DNA from: Rhodothermales bacterium
GTDB lineage: Bacteria; Bacteroidota; Rhodothermia; Rhodothermales; VXPQ01
DNA: 64,000 bases
Direction: 5' to 3'
Assembly (NCBI GenBank): GCA_951812335.1
Contig: OX638293.1
Coordinates: 2,523,175-2,587,174 of the forward strand
Below are positions 17,853 to 28,251 of the stretch, in pieces. The notes below the pieces were generated by a model, which saw only the letters and a list, made by a program, of their open reading frames with translations, was not told the origin of the DNA and searched no databases. A program made the position numbers and the translations under genes. Every line of letters starts with the position of its first letter. The stretch's first letter is position 1.

Positions 17853-18725
17853 TTATTGTTGCACCTCTGCCCTATACAGCTGCGGGGCAAGGGCAACATG
17901 CTGCTTGATACATCCTGGAAGCGAGAACATATGAGGATTGCGACTAAAAGAAAACAATCGATACAATGCATACTGCGAACCCCTTTCCTCCGAAAAAGCA
18001 ACTTCGTTCTGCGTAATTAAAAAGGGCTGATATATACCGCTATTGGTGGTTTTCACCTCAATAAAAAGTTCATTGTCCGTTTGACCATCAAACGAGCGAA
18101 TGTCATACCCCGCGCCATCGCCACGCTCCTTGCTTGTCCATTCTACGTCGGAAAGCAAATCGTCGCGCCCCAAATGTCTCAGGCGAAATTTTTCGTATTC
18201 CAGTGCAAATTCCTCTCCTCGTTCACCGAGTTGTCTGTTACGCGCTTCCCGCGCGGCGTAGTCGATACGGCGCGGTCGGGCAGTATACCCGAGAGCAGGC
18301 TCGGATACGATTCCTTTCTTTAGAGGTGTAATTTTCTTCTCTGGAGGAGCAACAAGAACCTCTTCAAAATTCGACTTGTCAAATAACATGCCCAACTCCT
18401 GATTCAGTATATCTTCTTGTTCAATCAGGTTGTTTCCTCCTATGGCCAGCCTGTCTACGACCACTTCCCGTAACATTCTTTGATAATTTTTAGCAGGGAG
18501 ATAACCTTGTATATAAACGTGGCCTTCTTCCAATAATATCGCGGATATATTTTGATGTTTAAATTCTATGGAACCTTCGGACCTGTTGTTCAACTTCTCT
18601 TGCAGAACTCGACGATGCTCCGCTTTACTAAAGGGCTCTCCACGACATTCGCGCGACAACATATCGATATAATCGGCAACGATCGCTTCACACTCCACCC
18701 TACTCCATGTATCACCTCGGGCCAT
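17853..18725 (-). CDS. DUF3883-type PD-(D/E)xK nuclease-fold protein with an N-terminal restriction-associated domain
   Basis: The C-terminal core is GYDIRSF...LFIEVKTT...FLITQNEV...YALYRLF (D...ExK...Q, DUF3883 pattern). The N-terminal W..VE...V.DY..M...RSEGSIEFKHQNISAIL...GYLPAKNYQ block is one I associate with the N-termini of stand-alone restriction-type nucleases. G+C is low: I counted 41 G+C in 18361-18460. Confidence 0.7.
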   Translation of the reverse strand: MARGDTWSRVECEAIVADYIDMLSRECRGEPFSKAEHRRVLQEKLNNRSEGSIEFKHQNISAILLEEGHVYIQGYLPAKNYQRMLREVVVDRLAIGGNNLIEQEDILNQELGMLFDKSNFEEVLVAPPEKKITPLKKGIVSEPALGYTARPRRIDYAAREARNRQLGERGEEFALEYEKFRLRHLGRDDLLSDVEWTSKERGDGAGYDIRSFDGQTDNELFIEVKTTNSGIYQPFLITQNEVAFSEERGSQYALYRLFSFSRNPHMFSLPGCIKQHVALAPQLYRAEVQQ

Positions 18726-18813
18726 CTATGAAGGTTTGGGAAGATTAAAAGGGCTTCCAGGGTACAGTTTACGGGCCAAGCAGAACACCCTGCACGGCAC
18801 TTGACCTACTTCC

Positions 18814-18843
18814 AGAATACGCCATCCGATATTGTCCTGTCAA
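18814..18843 (-). promoter_or_regulatory. possible sigma70-type promoter for the nuclease gene
   Basis: The minus strand reads TTGACA-N18-TATTCT. The -10 element ends about 88 nt upstream of the ATG at 18725. Confidence 0.3.
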
Positions 18844-19005
18844 GTAAAACCTGCCGGATTACACCCCGGATATAGCGTCTTGATTTTCTGCCCGCCGCCC
18901 CCATCGCAAACACCCCGGCCACACACCCCATAACCCCTTCACGAAATTTCCCTTTAATTCCTTGCATATCAAAGACTTGTGAACTTTCCGGGAATCTCCG
19001 AAAAG

Positions 19006-19070
19006 TTGCAATCCAGGGGCAAATTTCGTATTTTGTCAGAATAGGGTCTTTCCCGGAATTCCTCCGGGAA
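19006..19070 (+). promoter_or_regulatory. possible gyrA promoter plus leader hairpin
   Basis: TTG (19006-08), a 20-nt spacer, then TATTTTG (19029-35), which is close to the Bacteroidota TTTG / TAnnTTTG pattern. An 8-bp hairpin TTCCCGGA-ATTCC-TCCGGGAA follows at 19050-19070. The gyrA ATG is at 19105. Confidence 0.3.
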
Positions 19071-19104
19071 GCATCGAGGCAATTCCAACCGGTACGTAAC
19101 CTAT

Positions 19105-21678
19105 ATGGAACAGGACGACTCGCGGATCATCCCGATCAATATCGAGGAGGAAATGAAGTCCTCCTACATCGATTATTCGATGTCGGTGATCGTTAGCCGG
19201 GCGTTGCCGGACATCCGCGACGGCCTCAAGCCCGTACACCGGCGCGTGCTGTTCGGTATGAGCGATCTGGGCCTGACAGCGGGGTCCGGCTACAAGAAAA
19301 GCGCCCGCGTGGTCGGGGAAGTGCTCGGGAAGTACCACCCGCACGGGGACGGCTCGGTGTACGACACCATGGTGCGCATGGCCCAGGGTTTCTCCATGCG
19401 GTCTCCGCTCGTCGACGGACAGGGCAACTTCGGCTCGATCGACGGGGACGCCGCCGCCGCCATGCGGTACACGGAGGCCCGGATGACGCGCATCGCGGAG
19501 GAAATGCTCCGCGACATCCAGAAGGAAACGGTCAATTTTCAGGAGAACTTCGACGGCTCCCTCGAGGAACCGTCCGTATTGCCTGCGGCGATTCCCAATC
19601 TGCTCCTGAACGGCTCCGACGGCATTGCCGTGGGCATGGCCACGAAAATCCCTCCGCATAATCTGAAGGAAACGATCGACGCCGTCATCGCTTATATCGA
19701 CGACAACGCCATCGACATCGACGGCCTGATGGAGCACCTGCCTGCCCCCGACTTTCCTACGGGCGGCATCATCTACGGCTACGCAGGCGTGCAGGAAGCG
19801 TACCGGACGGGCCGCGGCCGCATTGTGATGCGCGCCAAAATGCACGAGGAAGAAATTCGGGCCGGAAGGGACGCGCTCATTATTACGGAAATCCCCTACC
19901 AGGTCAACAAGAGTTCGCTACTCGAGAAAATCGCCCATTACGTCAAGGAAAAGCGCATCGAGGGCATCAGCGACCTGCGCGACGAATCCGACCGCGACGG
20001 CCTGCGCATCGTGGTCGAGATAAAAAACGATGCGATGCCGCTCGTCGTGCAGAACCAGCTGTACAAATACACGCAGTGCCAGCAGTCCTTCGGCGTGAAT
20101 ATGGTGGCGCTGGTAAACGGGCGCCCGAAGATCATCACGTTGAAAGACGCCATACAGCATTATGTGAGGCATCGGCACGAGATCGTGGAGCGGCGCACCC
20201 GGTTCGATCTGCGCAAGGCGAAGGAACGGGCGCACATCCTCGAAGGCCTCACGATCGCGCTCGACCATCTCGATCAGGTCATTACGATCATCCGCCATTC
20301 GGACGATACGGATACGGCCCGCGCCAACCTGATGAAAGGGGTCTATCCGGAGCAGTTGACGGCAGCGCAGCTTGAACGGCTCGGCTTGCCGCCCGCGGAC
20401 GGTTCCATGTTCTCGCTCACGCAGCTCCAGGCCGACGCCATCCTTGCGCTGCGGCTGAGCCGCCTGACGGGCCTCGAACGCCAGAAGATCGAACAGGAAT
20501 ACCGGGATGTCCTCGAAGAAATAGACCGCCTCGAGAACATTCTCACCGAACGCGGTCTGCGCATGCAGATCATCAAGGACGAGTTGCTCGATATCCGGGA
20601 CAAGTACGCCGACGAGCGGCGCACGGAAATCGACTATATGGGCGGCGGCGATTTCGAGATGGAGGACATGATCGAAGAGGAGCAGGTGGTCGTTACCATC
20701 TCGCACCAGGCGCTGATCAAACGGACCTCCCTGGCCGAATACCGCCAGCAAGGGCGGGGCGGTATCGGCATGAAGGGGACCGGAAAGCGGGACGAGGATT
20801 ATGTCGAGCACATGTTCGTCTCGTCCACGCACGATTATCTGCTGTATTTCACCGATGACGGCCAGTGCTACTCGCTGCGCGTCTACGAGATACCGGACGG
20901 ATCGCGCACCGCCAAAGGCAGGTCGATCCGTAACCTGATACAGATAGACCAAGGGGACCGCGTACGGGCCGTCCTCGCGGTGCCGAAAGCGCAGTTCAAA
21001 GACGAGGCGTTCCGCAAAACGCATTACGTCATGATGGCCACGCGCAAGGGGCTGGTCAAGAAAACGGCGCTGGAAGCCTTCAAGCGCCCGTTGCGGTCGG
21101 GGATCATCGCCATCTCCGTCGTGGAGGGAGACGAATTGATCGAGGCCCGGCTGACGAGCGGCAACGCCCATGTGTTTCTGGCTTCGTCGGGCGGAAAGGC
21201 CATTCGCTTCGACGAAAAGGAAGCCCGTCCCATGGGGCGCGACACGCGCGGCGTGCGAGGCATTTCGCTGCGCGAGGGTGAAGACGTGGTCGGGATGGTC
21301 GTGGTGGAAAACGGGGAGCGGGAAATTCTCGCTATCAGCAAAAACGGCTACGGCAAACGCAGCCGCATGGAGGATTACACGCCGCAGGGACGAGGCGGCA
21401 TGGGCCGCATCACGCTCAAAACGACGGAAAAGGTGGGGCCGCTTGTAGCCATCCGGGATGTGGTGGGCGACGACGACCTGATGATCGTGACCCAGAACGG
21501 CCTGATGATCCGCATGAATGTAGGCGACATTTCGGTGCTGAGCCGGAATACGCAGGGCGTCCGCCTCATTCACCTGAAGAAAGGAGACGCCATCGCCGAC
21601 GTCACCCGCCTTGTGGTCGAGGAGAACGGCAAGGAAGGAGAGGAAGGAGAAGGAGCGGAAAACGAGCAAGGCGAATAA
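19105..21678 (+). CDS. gyrA: DNA gyrase subunit A
   Basis: 857 aa. Contains the active-site region [10 protein letters not shown], the QRDR-type segment [11 protein letters not shown], and C-terminal beta-pinwheel repeats. Confidence 0.97.
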   Translation: MEQDDSRIIPINIEEEMKSSYIDYSMSVIVSRALPDIRDGLKPVHRRVLFGMSDLGLTAGSGYKKSARVVGEVLGKYHPHGDGSVYDTMVRMAQGFSMRSPLVDGQGNFGSIDGDAAAAMRYTEARMTRIAEEMLRDIQKETVNFQENFDGSLEEPSVLPAAIPNLLLNGSDGIAVGMATKIPPHNLKETIDAVIAYIDDNAIDIDGLMEHLPAPDFPTGGIIYGYAGVQEAYRTGRGRIVMRAKMHEEEIRAGRDALIITEIPYQVNKSSLLEKIAHYVKEKRIEGISDLRDESDRDGLRIVVEIKNDAMPLVVQNQLYKYTQCQQSFGVNMVALVNGRPKIITLKDAIQHYVRHRHEIVERRTRFDLRKAKERAHILEGLTIALDHLDQVITIIRHSDDTDTARANLMKGVYPEQLTAAQLERLGLPPADGSMFSLTQLQADAILALRLSRLTGLERQKIEQEYRDVLEEIDRLENILTERGLRMQIIKDELLDIRDKYADERRTEIDYMGGGDFEMEDMIEEEQVVVTISHQALIKRTSLAEYRQQGRGGIGMKGTGKRDEDYVEHMFVSSTHDYLLYFTDDGQCYSLRVYEIPDGSRTAKGRSIRNLIQIDQGDRVRAVLAVPKAQFKDEAFRKTHYVMMATRKGLVKKTALEAFKRPLRSGIIAISVVEGDELIEARLTSGNAHVFLASSGGKAIRFDEKEARPMGRDTRGVRGISLREGEDVVGMVVVENGEREILAISKNGYGKRSRMEDYTPQGRGGMGRITLKTTEKVGPLVAIRDVVGDDDLMIVTQNGLMIRMNVGDISVLSRNTQGVRLIHLKKGDAIADVTRLVVEENGKEGEEGEGAENEQGE

Positions 21679-22004
21679 CGGATCGGGCGCGATTTCCTGT
21701 GCATAGCCTCCTGCTGCGGTCCGCACGATATGGGCTCCGCATAGTCGGAGGCTGGACGATCCGGGTTCCGAATAATGGCGTTTCGAGGGCTGGCGATCCG
21801 AACTATACGAATTCTGCATAATTCGGGGTATATCTATGCATATTTTGCATAGATCACTCCGATTACCTCCGCAAAGCCCAGAGACTGAGAAGGGCGCGCT
21901 GGCAAGGAATGACGAAGCAGTGCGGCAGGCGCCTCCGCACACGAAGCGATCCGTTGCGGAAAATCGTGGGGAATCGTGGAAACAGGCCAGCGATCAGGAC
22001 CCAT

Positions 22005-23351
22005 CTACCGGTCCATCTTCCGCAGCGCCGTATCGATGAGGTCTATCCCCCGGTCCAGTTCGTCCGTCGTGACGATAAGCGGCGGTCTGAAGCGCACGGA
22101 TGAAGCCCCGCAACCCAGCATAACCAGTCCGGCCTCGTAACACGCGTCGAGAAAGGCGGCGCGCACGTCCGAATCGGGCAGATCGAAAGCGCACATCAGA
22201 CCCCGGCCCCGAACATTGCCGATAGAGGGATGCACGGCAGCCAGTTCCTGCAGGCGCGTGAGCAGATGCGCCCCCAGCCCGTCCACCCGGCTCACGATAT
22301 CCTGCTCCTCCATCACCTCCAGGATCCGGTCGAAGCGGACCATATCCGCGAGATTGCCGCCCCAGGTCGAGTTGATGCGGCCCGGCAAGCGGAATACATG
22401 ATCTTCCACCTCGTCCATTTTCGGACCGGCCAGCACGCCGCAGACCTGGGTCTTCTTTCCGAATGCAATCAGATCGGGACGCACGCCAAGCGCCTGGTGC
22501 GCCCAGAACCGCCCGGTAATGCCGATGCCGGTCTGTACTTCGTCGAAGATGAGCAGCGTGTCGTTCTCGTGGGCCAATTCCTTCAGCCGGGCAAGAAATT
22601 CCGGGCGAAAGTGATTGTCTCCCCCCTCCCCCTGAATGGGTTCGACGATCACGGAGGCGATATCGTCTCCGTACGCCATAAAATGCTCCCGGGCCCGGTC
22701 GAGCGCAACAGCCTCGGCCCGCTCGACTTCTTCGAGATGCGCATCCAGCGGATGAACGATTTTCGGGTTCGGTATGCGCGGCCAATCGAAGATGGGAAAG
22801 TGCCGGGTCTTGTTGGGATCCGCCGTGTTGGTGAGCGAAAGCGTGTATCCGGTACGTCCATGGAACGCCTGCTCCAGATGCAACACCCGCCTCCCGAACT
22901 CGCCCCGGCGGCCCTTCGCCCTGTTTTTCCGGATCTTCCAGTCGAACGCCGCCTTCAGGGCATTCTCGACGGCCGCCGCCCCGCCGGAAATAAAGAACGC
23001 ATAGGGCAGGTACTCCGGAATCGCCACCCGGCCGAACGTCCGGGCGAACCGAGCCATATGCACGGTGGCTATATCCGAATTCGTGACTTTGTGGAGCGCC
23101 GCCTCCAGCAAACGCTCACGGAAATCCGCGTCCCCAACGAGGGCGGGATGGTTCATGCCCAGCACACTGGTGGCGAAGAATCCGAAAAAGTCGAGATATT
23201 CCTTGCCCGTGGCCGCATCGCGAAGATGTACCCCCCGGCTGCGCTGCATGTCCAGCACAAGGGGCGTCATGCCGCTCACCAGCAAATGCTCCGACAGAAT
23301 ACGCCGTACGTCCTGGTGGGGGGACACGGTGTTTGAAGCCGCACTATTCAT
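22005..23351 (-). CDS. lat: L-lysine 6-transaminase (class III aminotransferase)
   Basis: 448 aa with the PLP-lysine block LIAFGKKTQVCG, plus ISGGAAAVENALKAAFDWK and DEVQTG blocks typical of lysine epsilon-aminotransferase. Confidence 0.75.
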   Translation of the reverse strand: MNSAASNTVSPHQDVRRILSEHLLVSGMTPLVLDMQRSRGVHLRDAATGKEYLDFFGFFATSVLGMNHPALVGDADFRERLLEAALHKVTNSDIATVHMARFARTFGRVAIPEYLPYAFFISGGAAAVENALKAAFDWKIRKNRAKGRRGEFGRRVLHLEQAFHGRTGYTLSLTNTADPNKTRHFPIFDWPRIPNPKIVHPLDAHLEEVERAEAVALDRAREHFMAYGDDIASVIVEPIQGEGGDNHFRPEFLARLKELAHENDTLLIFDEVQTGIGITGRFWAHQALGVRPDLIAFGKKTQVCGVLAGPKMDEVEDHVFRLPGRINSTWGGNLADMVRFDRILEVMEEQDIVSRVDGLGAHLLTRLQELAAVHPSIGNVRGRGLMCAFDLPDSDVRAAFLDACYEAGLVMLGCGASSVRFRPPLIVTTDELDRGIDLIDTALRKMDR

Positions 23352-23392
23352 GCAGATAGGCGAACGGGTGCAAAAAGCATTGATCCTCTTGG

Positions 23393-23428
23393 GAAGCGCT
23401 GATCGAAGTAGACTTGATCAGAGTATCC
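23393..23428 (+). repeat. dispersed repeat, 36-nt version (GAAGCGCTGATCGAAGTAGACTTGATCAGAGTATCC)
   Basis: Lies in the divergent lat-lipA intergenic region. Contains the hairpin CTGATC-N11-GATCAG. Confidence 0.8.
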
Positions 23429-23506
23429 CTTGCTACATACCATCGCCATTAAGGATTCCGGGGGATCCGATCGGGCAATCAACCGTATTCCTGCATCGGA
23501 GAATTT

Positions 23507-24565
23507 ATGAACGGAATTCATTCCGGAAGCCACCCCGTCAACGTACGCGCCCTTTCCCGTTCCATGCCCCGCCCATCCACAGAAAAGCCCAGGCGCCCCG
23601 GCGACATCCGACTCGAACGGGTGAAGAAGGAGCCGCTTTTCTCTTCCGGCGACGGCGATCCGGGCATGTTCGAACTCCCGGTAGTGCAGCAGCCGGACAT
23701 TGCCAATACCCGGGGCCGCCGTCCCGACTGGCTCCGCGTCAAGCTCCCGTACGGCCCCACCTACCGGAACGTGGCCCGCATCATCGAGGACCACAACCTG
23801 CACACGGTCTGCCAGAGTGCGCGATGCCCCAATATGGGTGAATGCTGGAGCGCGGGCACGGCCACCTTCATGATCCTGGGGAACGTATGCACCCGTTCGT
23901 GCGGCTTCTGCGCCGTGATGACGGGCCGCCCGCCGGAGGGCCTGGACTGGGACGAGCCGGACCGCGTCGCCGAGGCGGCCCGCCTCATGGAATTGAATCA
24001 TGCCGTCGTGACGAGTGTCAACCGCGACGAACGCAAGGACGGCGGCGCACCGATCTTCGCAGAAACGATCCGAAAGATCCGCGAAGCGCGGGAAGGGTGT
24101 ACGGTCGAAGTGCTGATTCCCGATTTCCGGGGCGACCGGGAGGCGCTGCAGCAGGTAATCGACGCCCGCCCGGATATCATGAATCACAATGTGGAAACGG
24201 TCCCGCGCCTCTACCGCCGCGTCCGTCCGCAAGCCGACTACCGGCAATCGCTCGAGGTGCTTCGCATCTCTAAGGAAGCGGGGTTGCGCACGAAAAGCGG
24301 CATCATGGTCGGGCTGGGCGAAACGGAAGCCGAGGTGCTGGACCTGATGGACGATTTCGTGGCGAACGGGGTGGACGTCATGACGATCGGGCAGTACCTG
24401 CAACCGACGCGCATGCATCTGCCCGTCGAGAAATTCGTCCATCCGGACATGTTCGCACACTACAAGGTCGTCGGCGAAGCCAAAGGCATCGATCATGTCG
24501 AAAGCGGCCCCCTCGTGCGATCGTCCTACCACGCCGAACGGCATGTAGCGTCCGATCCGGCCTGA
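23507..24565 (+). CDS. lipA: lipoyl synthase
   Basis: [12 protein letters not shown] auxiliary cluster motif and the radical-SAM CTRSCGFC motif. The start is uncertain: the ATG at 23666 (MFELPVVQ) would give 299 aa. Confidence 0.93.
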   Translation: MNGIHSGSHPVNVRALSRSMPRPSTEKPRRPGDIRLERVKKEPLFSSGDGDPGMFELPVVQQPDIANTRGRRPDWLRVKLPYGPTYRNVARIIEDHNLHTVCQSARCPNMGECWSAGTATFMILGNVCTRSCGFCAVMTGRPPEGLDWDEPDRVAEAARLMELNHAVVTSVNRDERKDGGAPIFAETIRKIREAREGCTVEVLIPDFRGDREALQQVIDARPDIMNHNVETVPRLYRRVRPQADYRQSLEVLRISKEAGLRTKSGIMVGLGETEAEVLDLMDDFVANGVDVMTIGQYLQPTRMHLPVEKFVHPDMFAHYKVVGEAKGIDHVESGPLVRSSYHAERHVASDPA

Positions 24566-24643
24566 CCAAAAGATGCTGCTGTTATTCACAGCCAGCCTCT
24601 ACACGCACCGCCACACCCGTTTTATCCGATTCACCGTATACCT

Positions 24644-25069
24644 ATGGAGCGCACGCTTGCCATTCTGAAACCCGACTGCATCCGAAAGGGCCTTGTCGGA
24701 GAAGTCATTCGTCGCATTCAGGAAGCCGGATTCGTCCTGCGCGCCCTGCGGATGCAGCAACTCACCCGGAAGGAAGCCGAAGGGTTTTACGCCGTACACA
24801 AGGGACGTCCGTTCTTCGACGAACTGACGGAGTTCATGTCGAGCGGTCCATGCGTCCCGATGGTGCTGGAAAAAGAGAATGCCGTGGAAGATTTTCGCGC
24901 ATTGATCGGCGCCACCGACCCGGCGGAAGCGGCGGAAGGCACCATCCGCCACGCTTTTGCGGACAACAAGGGACAAAACATCGTTCACGGATCCGATTCC
25001 GTCGCCAATGGAACCATCGAGATCGGCTATTTCTTCTGCGAACGCGAACTGGTGGCGAACGGAGCATAA
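24644..25069 (+). CDS. ndk: nucleoside-diphosphate kinase
   Basis: 141 aa. [11 protein letters not shown]...NIVHGSDS, including the active-site His. Confidence 0.95.
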   Translation: MERTLAILKPDCIRKGLVGEVIRRIQEAGFVLRALRMQQLTRKEAEGFYAVHKGRPFFDELTEFMSSGPCVPMVLEKENAVEDFRALIGATDPAEAAEGTIRHAFADNKGQNIVHGSDSVANGTIEIGYFFCERELVANGA

Positions 25070-26360
25070 CGCCCTGCGCACCGGCATCCTTGCCACGCTG
25101 CTTTTTTGCTCGGCGTGCGGCAACACCGCCGAACGCCCCGATCCTGTCGCAGCGCCCTCCGAGGCGGCGGAGGCGCCGCCTGTTAAAACAGGAGCGGCGG
25201 TGCTGGCGGAGCGGGGTTTCGACCTGCTCGACGGAAAACGCGTCGGCCTGGTGGTCAACCACACGGCCCGCGTCGACACGACACATCTGATCGACCTGAT
25301 TGCCGCCGCCCCGAACGTGGAGCTTACGGCGCTCTTCGGCCCCGAACATGGCCTGCGCGGCACGGCCGACGCCGGAGAGAGAATCGCCGACGGGCGGGAC
25401 GAACGCACCGGCGTACCGGTGTACAGCCTCTACGGGGAAACGCGCAAACCGACCCCGGATATGCTGCACGGCGCCGATGTACTGGTATTCGACATTCAGG
25501 ATATCGGAGCCCGGTTCTACACCTACATTTCAACGATGGGTCTGGCCATGCAGGCAGCGGCCGAACAGGGCATTTCGTTCGTCGTGCTGGATCGCCCCAA
25601 CCCGCTGGGAGGGAACTACGTATCGGGCTTCGTGCTCGAACCGGAACATATGTCCTTCGTAGGGCAATATCCCATACCCATGGTCCACGGTATGACCGTC
25701 GGAGAACTGGCCCGTATGATCCGGAACGAATCCATGATGGAAGGGCTTGAGGAGCTGGATCTTCATGTCGTCGAAATGGAAGGATGGCGACGAGACATGC
25801 TCTGGCCCGAAACCGGGCTGCCCTGGATTCCGCCCAGTCCCAACATTCCGGACTTCGGAACGGCCCTCGTCTACCCCGGCCCCGTCCTTTTCGAGGCCAC
25901 GTCGGCCAGCGAAGGACGAGGCACCCGGCAGCCTTTCGTGCAGGTCGGGGCGCCCTGGCTTGACGGGCAGGCGGCTGCCGATTCGCTCAACGCAAAGGGA
26001 CTCGCCGGCGTGCGGTTCGAGGCCATCGTATTTACCCCGGAAAGCATACCGGGCATGGCCTCCCACCCGAAACTGGAAGGGCAAACCCTGGGGGGAATTC
26101 GCCATATCCTTACCGACGAACAGGCATTCCGACTGGTGGAAACCGGAATACACGTCCTCGACGTATTCCGGAAACAGGCTGCATCGAATACGCCGGAAGA
26201 GTTGGTGGATCGCCCCGAGGGAATGGCCCGGCTTGCCGGCACGCAACGCCTGCTGAGCATGCTGCGGCAAGGGGCATCGCCCGAAACCGTCATCGCATCG
26301 TGGGAACGCGAGGTGCTCGCCTTTCGCGAGTTGCGCGCGGGATATTTGCTTTATCCGTGA
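25008..26360 (+). CDS. DUF1343 domain protein (NamZ-type exo-beta-N-acetylmuramidase family)
   Basis: [18 protein letters not shown] and LDRPNPLGG blocks. The start is uncertain. The only in-frame ATG (25008) overlaps ndk by 62 nt. The hydrophobic leader [13 protein letters not shown] begins after the ndk stop but has only a CTG (25074) as a candidate start. Confidence 0.8.
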   Translation: MEPSRSAISSANANWWRTEHNALRTGILATLLFCSACGNTAERPDPVAAPSEAAEAPPVKTGAAVLAERGFDLLDGKRVGLVVNHTARVDTTHLIDLIAAAPNVELTALFGPEHGLRGTADAGERIADGRDERTGVPVYSLYGETRKPTPDMLHGADVLVFDIQDIGARFYTYISTMGLAMQAAAEQGISFVVLDRPNPLGGNYVSGFVLEPEHMSFVGQYPIPMVHGMTVGELARMIRNESMMEGLEELDLHVVEMEGWRRDMLWPETGLPWIPPSPNIPDFGTALVYPGPVLFEATSASEGRGTRQPFVQVGAPWLDGQAAADSLNAKGLAGVRFEAIVFTPESIPGMASHPKLEGQTLGGIRHILTDEQAFRLVETGIHVLDVFRKQAASNTPEELVDRPEGMARLAGTQRLLSMLRQGASPETVIASWEREVLAFRELRAGYLLYP

Positions 26361-26397
26361 GGCGAAGCGACGTGTAACCGTTTATCGGGCAAGCCGT

Positions 26398-26685
26398 TTA
26401 TCGGGCGGGGGATCGGGATTTTTTCGGAGAATCTTTCTCCTCTTCCGACCGCACAAGAATGGCCCAGATGATCTCCAGATACCCGCCCAGAATAATGAGC
26501 GGAGCAAGGTACAACGAAACGAATCCTTCCACCTCGTTCTCGATACGCATCATAGCGTATCCCAGCACAATCGCCGCCACGCCAATCAGGATCAACAGGT
26601 AATTCCTGCGGCGGAACACCATGCGCACATTGCGGCGCGCCCTACGGGCCTGCGGGGTGCGTCGTCGTCCGGAAGGCTTTGCCAT
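26398..26685 (-). CDS. DUF3098-like small two-TM membrane protein
   Basis: 95 aa. A basic N-terminus is followed by NYLLILIGVAAIVLGYAMM and a second helix, which is the typical DUF3098 layout. Confidence 0.6.
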   Translation of the reverse strand: MAKPSGRRRTPQARRARRNVRMVFRRRNYLLILIGVAAIVLGYAMMRIENEVEGFVSLYLAPLIILGGYLEIIWAILVRSEEEKDSPKKSRSPAR

Positions 26686-26754
26686 CTATACCATGAACAG
26701 GATGTGTATCGAAACGTACTTTCAAGGCGAACCCGACGGGCGCATTCAGGTTCC

Positions 26755-28239
26755 ATGCCCTTGCGATCCCTTATGCGAAACATCGTGAACGACATACCAG
26801 CTACGAAGCACCGCCGTCTTGCAACCCTGCCGGCAGCAATCATCGCTCTTGCGCTCGCAACGGCCCCTACCGGCCCGCCGCCGGACCTTGACGCCATTCT
26901 CGGTGGGACCATCTCGCAGAACGCCTTCTGGGGTGTGTATGTGCAGCATGTCGCAACCGGCGAGACCTGGTACGAGCACAACGCCTCGAACGCCTTCCTG
27001 CCCGCATCCAACCAGAAAATCTTCACTTCGGCCGCTGCGCTCGACGCCCTCGGAAGCGATTACCGGTACCGCACGGTGCTGTATCTCGACGGACAGGTGG
27101 AAGGGAGCGTCCTGAAAGGCGATCTCGTGCTGCGCGGCTCGGGCGACCCCACGTTCGGTAGCGAACATGTCCGCCGCGGCGATCCGCTCAGAATATGGGC
27201 AAGGAACCTCGCAGACATGGGCGTCACGCGAATCGAGGGGCGTATCGTGGGGGATGACAATACCTTCGACGATCAGCCGTACGCCGAGGGCTGGGATATC
27301 GACTTTGTCACGTCGAGCGCCAGCCGAGAGGTTGGGGTAAGCATCGGGGGCCTCGCGTACAACGACAATGTCGTCCTGGTGAATATCCGGGCCGGCGCCC
27401 CCGGACGTCCCGCCCGGGTCAATATGCAACCCGACGGATTTCTCGATTTCCGGAACCGGATGGTCACGGCCAACCGGCGGCGGGGCATCGCCATAACCAC
27501 CCGCCGAGACTTCAGAGAAGAACGTATTACCCTGCAAGGAAGCCTCCCCCGCACATATAACGGGACGATCGGGGTCCCGGTAGCGAACCCCACGACCTTT
27601 GCTGCCGCAACCTTGACAAAATACCTGCGCGAAGCAGGTATCGAGGTGCAAAACGAACCGGTCGATATCGACGATCTGAACAATTTTCGGTACGACAGAG
27701 ACGATCCCTTATTCGTGTACGTATCGCCCCCGTTGCTGGACATTCTGCGTATCGTCAACAAGGAAAGCAATAATTTCTATGCAGAGCAGGTCTTTCGGAC
27801 GTATGCTTCCGACGGCTCTGCGCAAGGTGCGGAAAACCGCATCAAACAACTGTTGAGACGCGCCGGAGCCGCAACGGGGAACATAGAAGTTCGTGACGGA
27901 TCGGGATTGTCTCGCAAAAATATGATCACGCCTCGCGCCATGGGCAACCTGTTGACCTACATGCACGGGCACGAACAGCGTGAAGCATTCCTCGCTTCGC
28001 TCGCCAGGGGTGGAGAGCGAGGATCCACGCTCCGCTACCGGCTGAACAGGGCGCCCGTCCGGGCCAAAACGGGATCCCTCGAATTCGTGCGGTCCCTCAG
28101 CGGCTACGTTACGACGCAAGACGGGCACACGCTGGCCTTCGCTGTTTTCGCCAACAATTGCTCGGGGCCATCCTATCGAATCACGCAAACGATCGACCGC
28201 ATTGTCATGGAACTGGCCGCTTCCTCTTCCCCATCGTAA
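26755..28239 (+). CDS. dacB: D-alanyl-D-alanine carboxypeptidase/endopeptidase (PBP4 family)
   Basis: SxxK motif (PASNQK) and KTG motif (VRAKTGSL). The ATG at 26755 is preferred over the GTG at 26704. Confidence 0.8.
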   Translation: MPLRSLMRNIVNDIPATKHRRLATLPAAIIALALATAPTGPPPDLDAILGGTISQNAFWGVYVQHVATGETWYEHNASNAFLPASNQKIFTSAAALDALGSDYRYRTVLYLDGQVEGSVLKGDLVLRGSGDPTFGSEHVRRGDPLRIWARNLADMGVTRIEGRIVGDDNTFDDQPYAEGWDIDFVTSSASREVGVSIGGLAYNDNVVLVNIRAGAPGRPARVNMQPDGFLDFRNRMVTANRRRGIAITTRRDFREERITLQGSLPRTYNGTIGVPVANPTTFAAATLTKYLREAGIEVQNEPVDIDDLNNFRYDRDDPLFVYVSPPLLDILRIVNKESNNFYAEQVFRTYASDGSAQGAENRIKQLLRRAGAATGNIEVRDGSGLSRKNMITPRAMGNLLTYMHGHEQREAFLASLARGGERGSTLRYRLNRAPVRAKTGSLEFVRSLSGYVTTQDGHTLAFAVFANNCSGPSYRITQTIDRIVMELAASSSPS

Positions 28240-28251
28240 TCCGGCGCCTGC

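Noticed and set aside
19918-21942. 674-aa minus-strand ORF opposite gyrA, and similar shadows at 1540-3051(+), 8677-10335(-), 48919-50238(+), 50553-52058(+), 54436-55854(+), 56371-57774(+) and 62385-63896(+)
   Set aside because: Each overlaps a confidently identified gene on the other strand and shows no family signature. They are stop-codon-poor antisense frames, as expected at this G+C content.
26378-26405. Direct 13-nt repeat CCGTTTATCGGGC x2 in the 37-bp convergent spacer after the DUF1343 gene
   Set aside because: This is a single short local duplication overlapping the stop of the DUF3098 gene. There is no hairpin or further copies, so it is probably a slippage footprint of no consequence.
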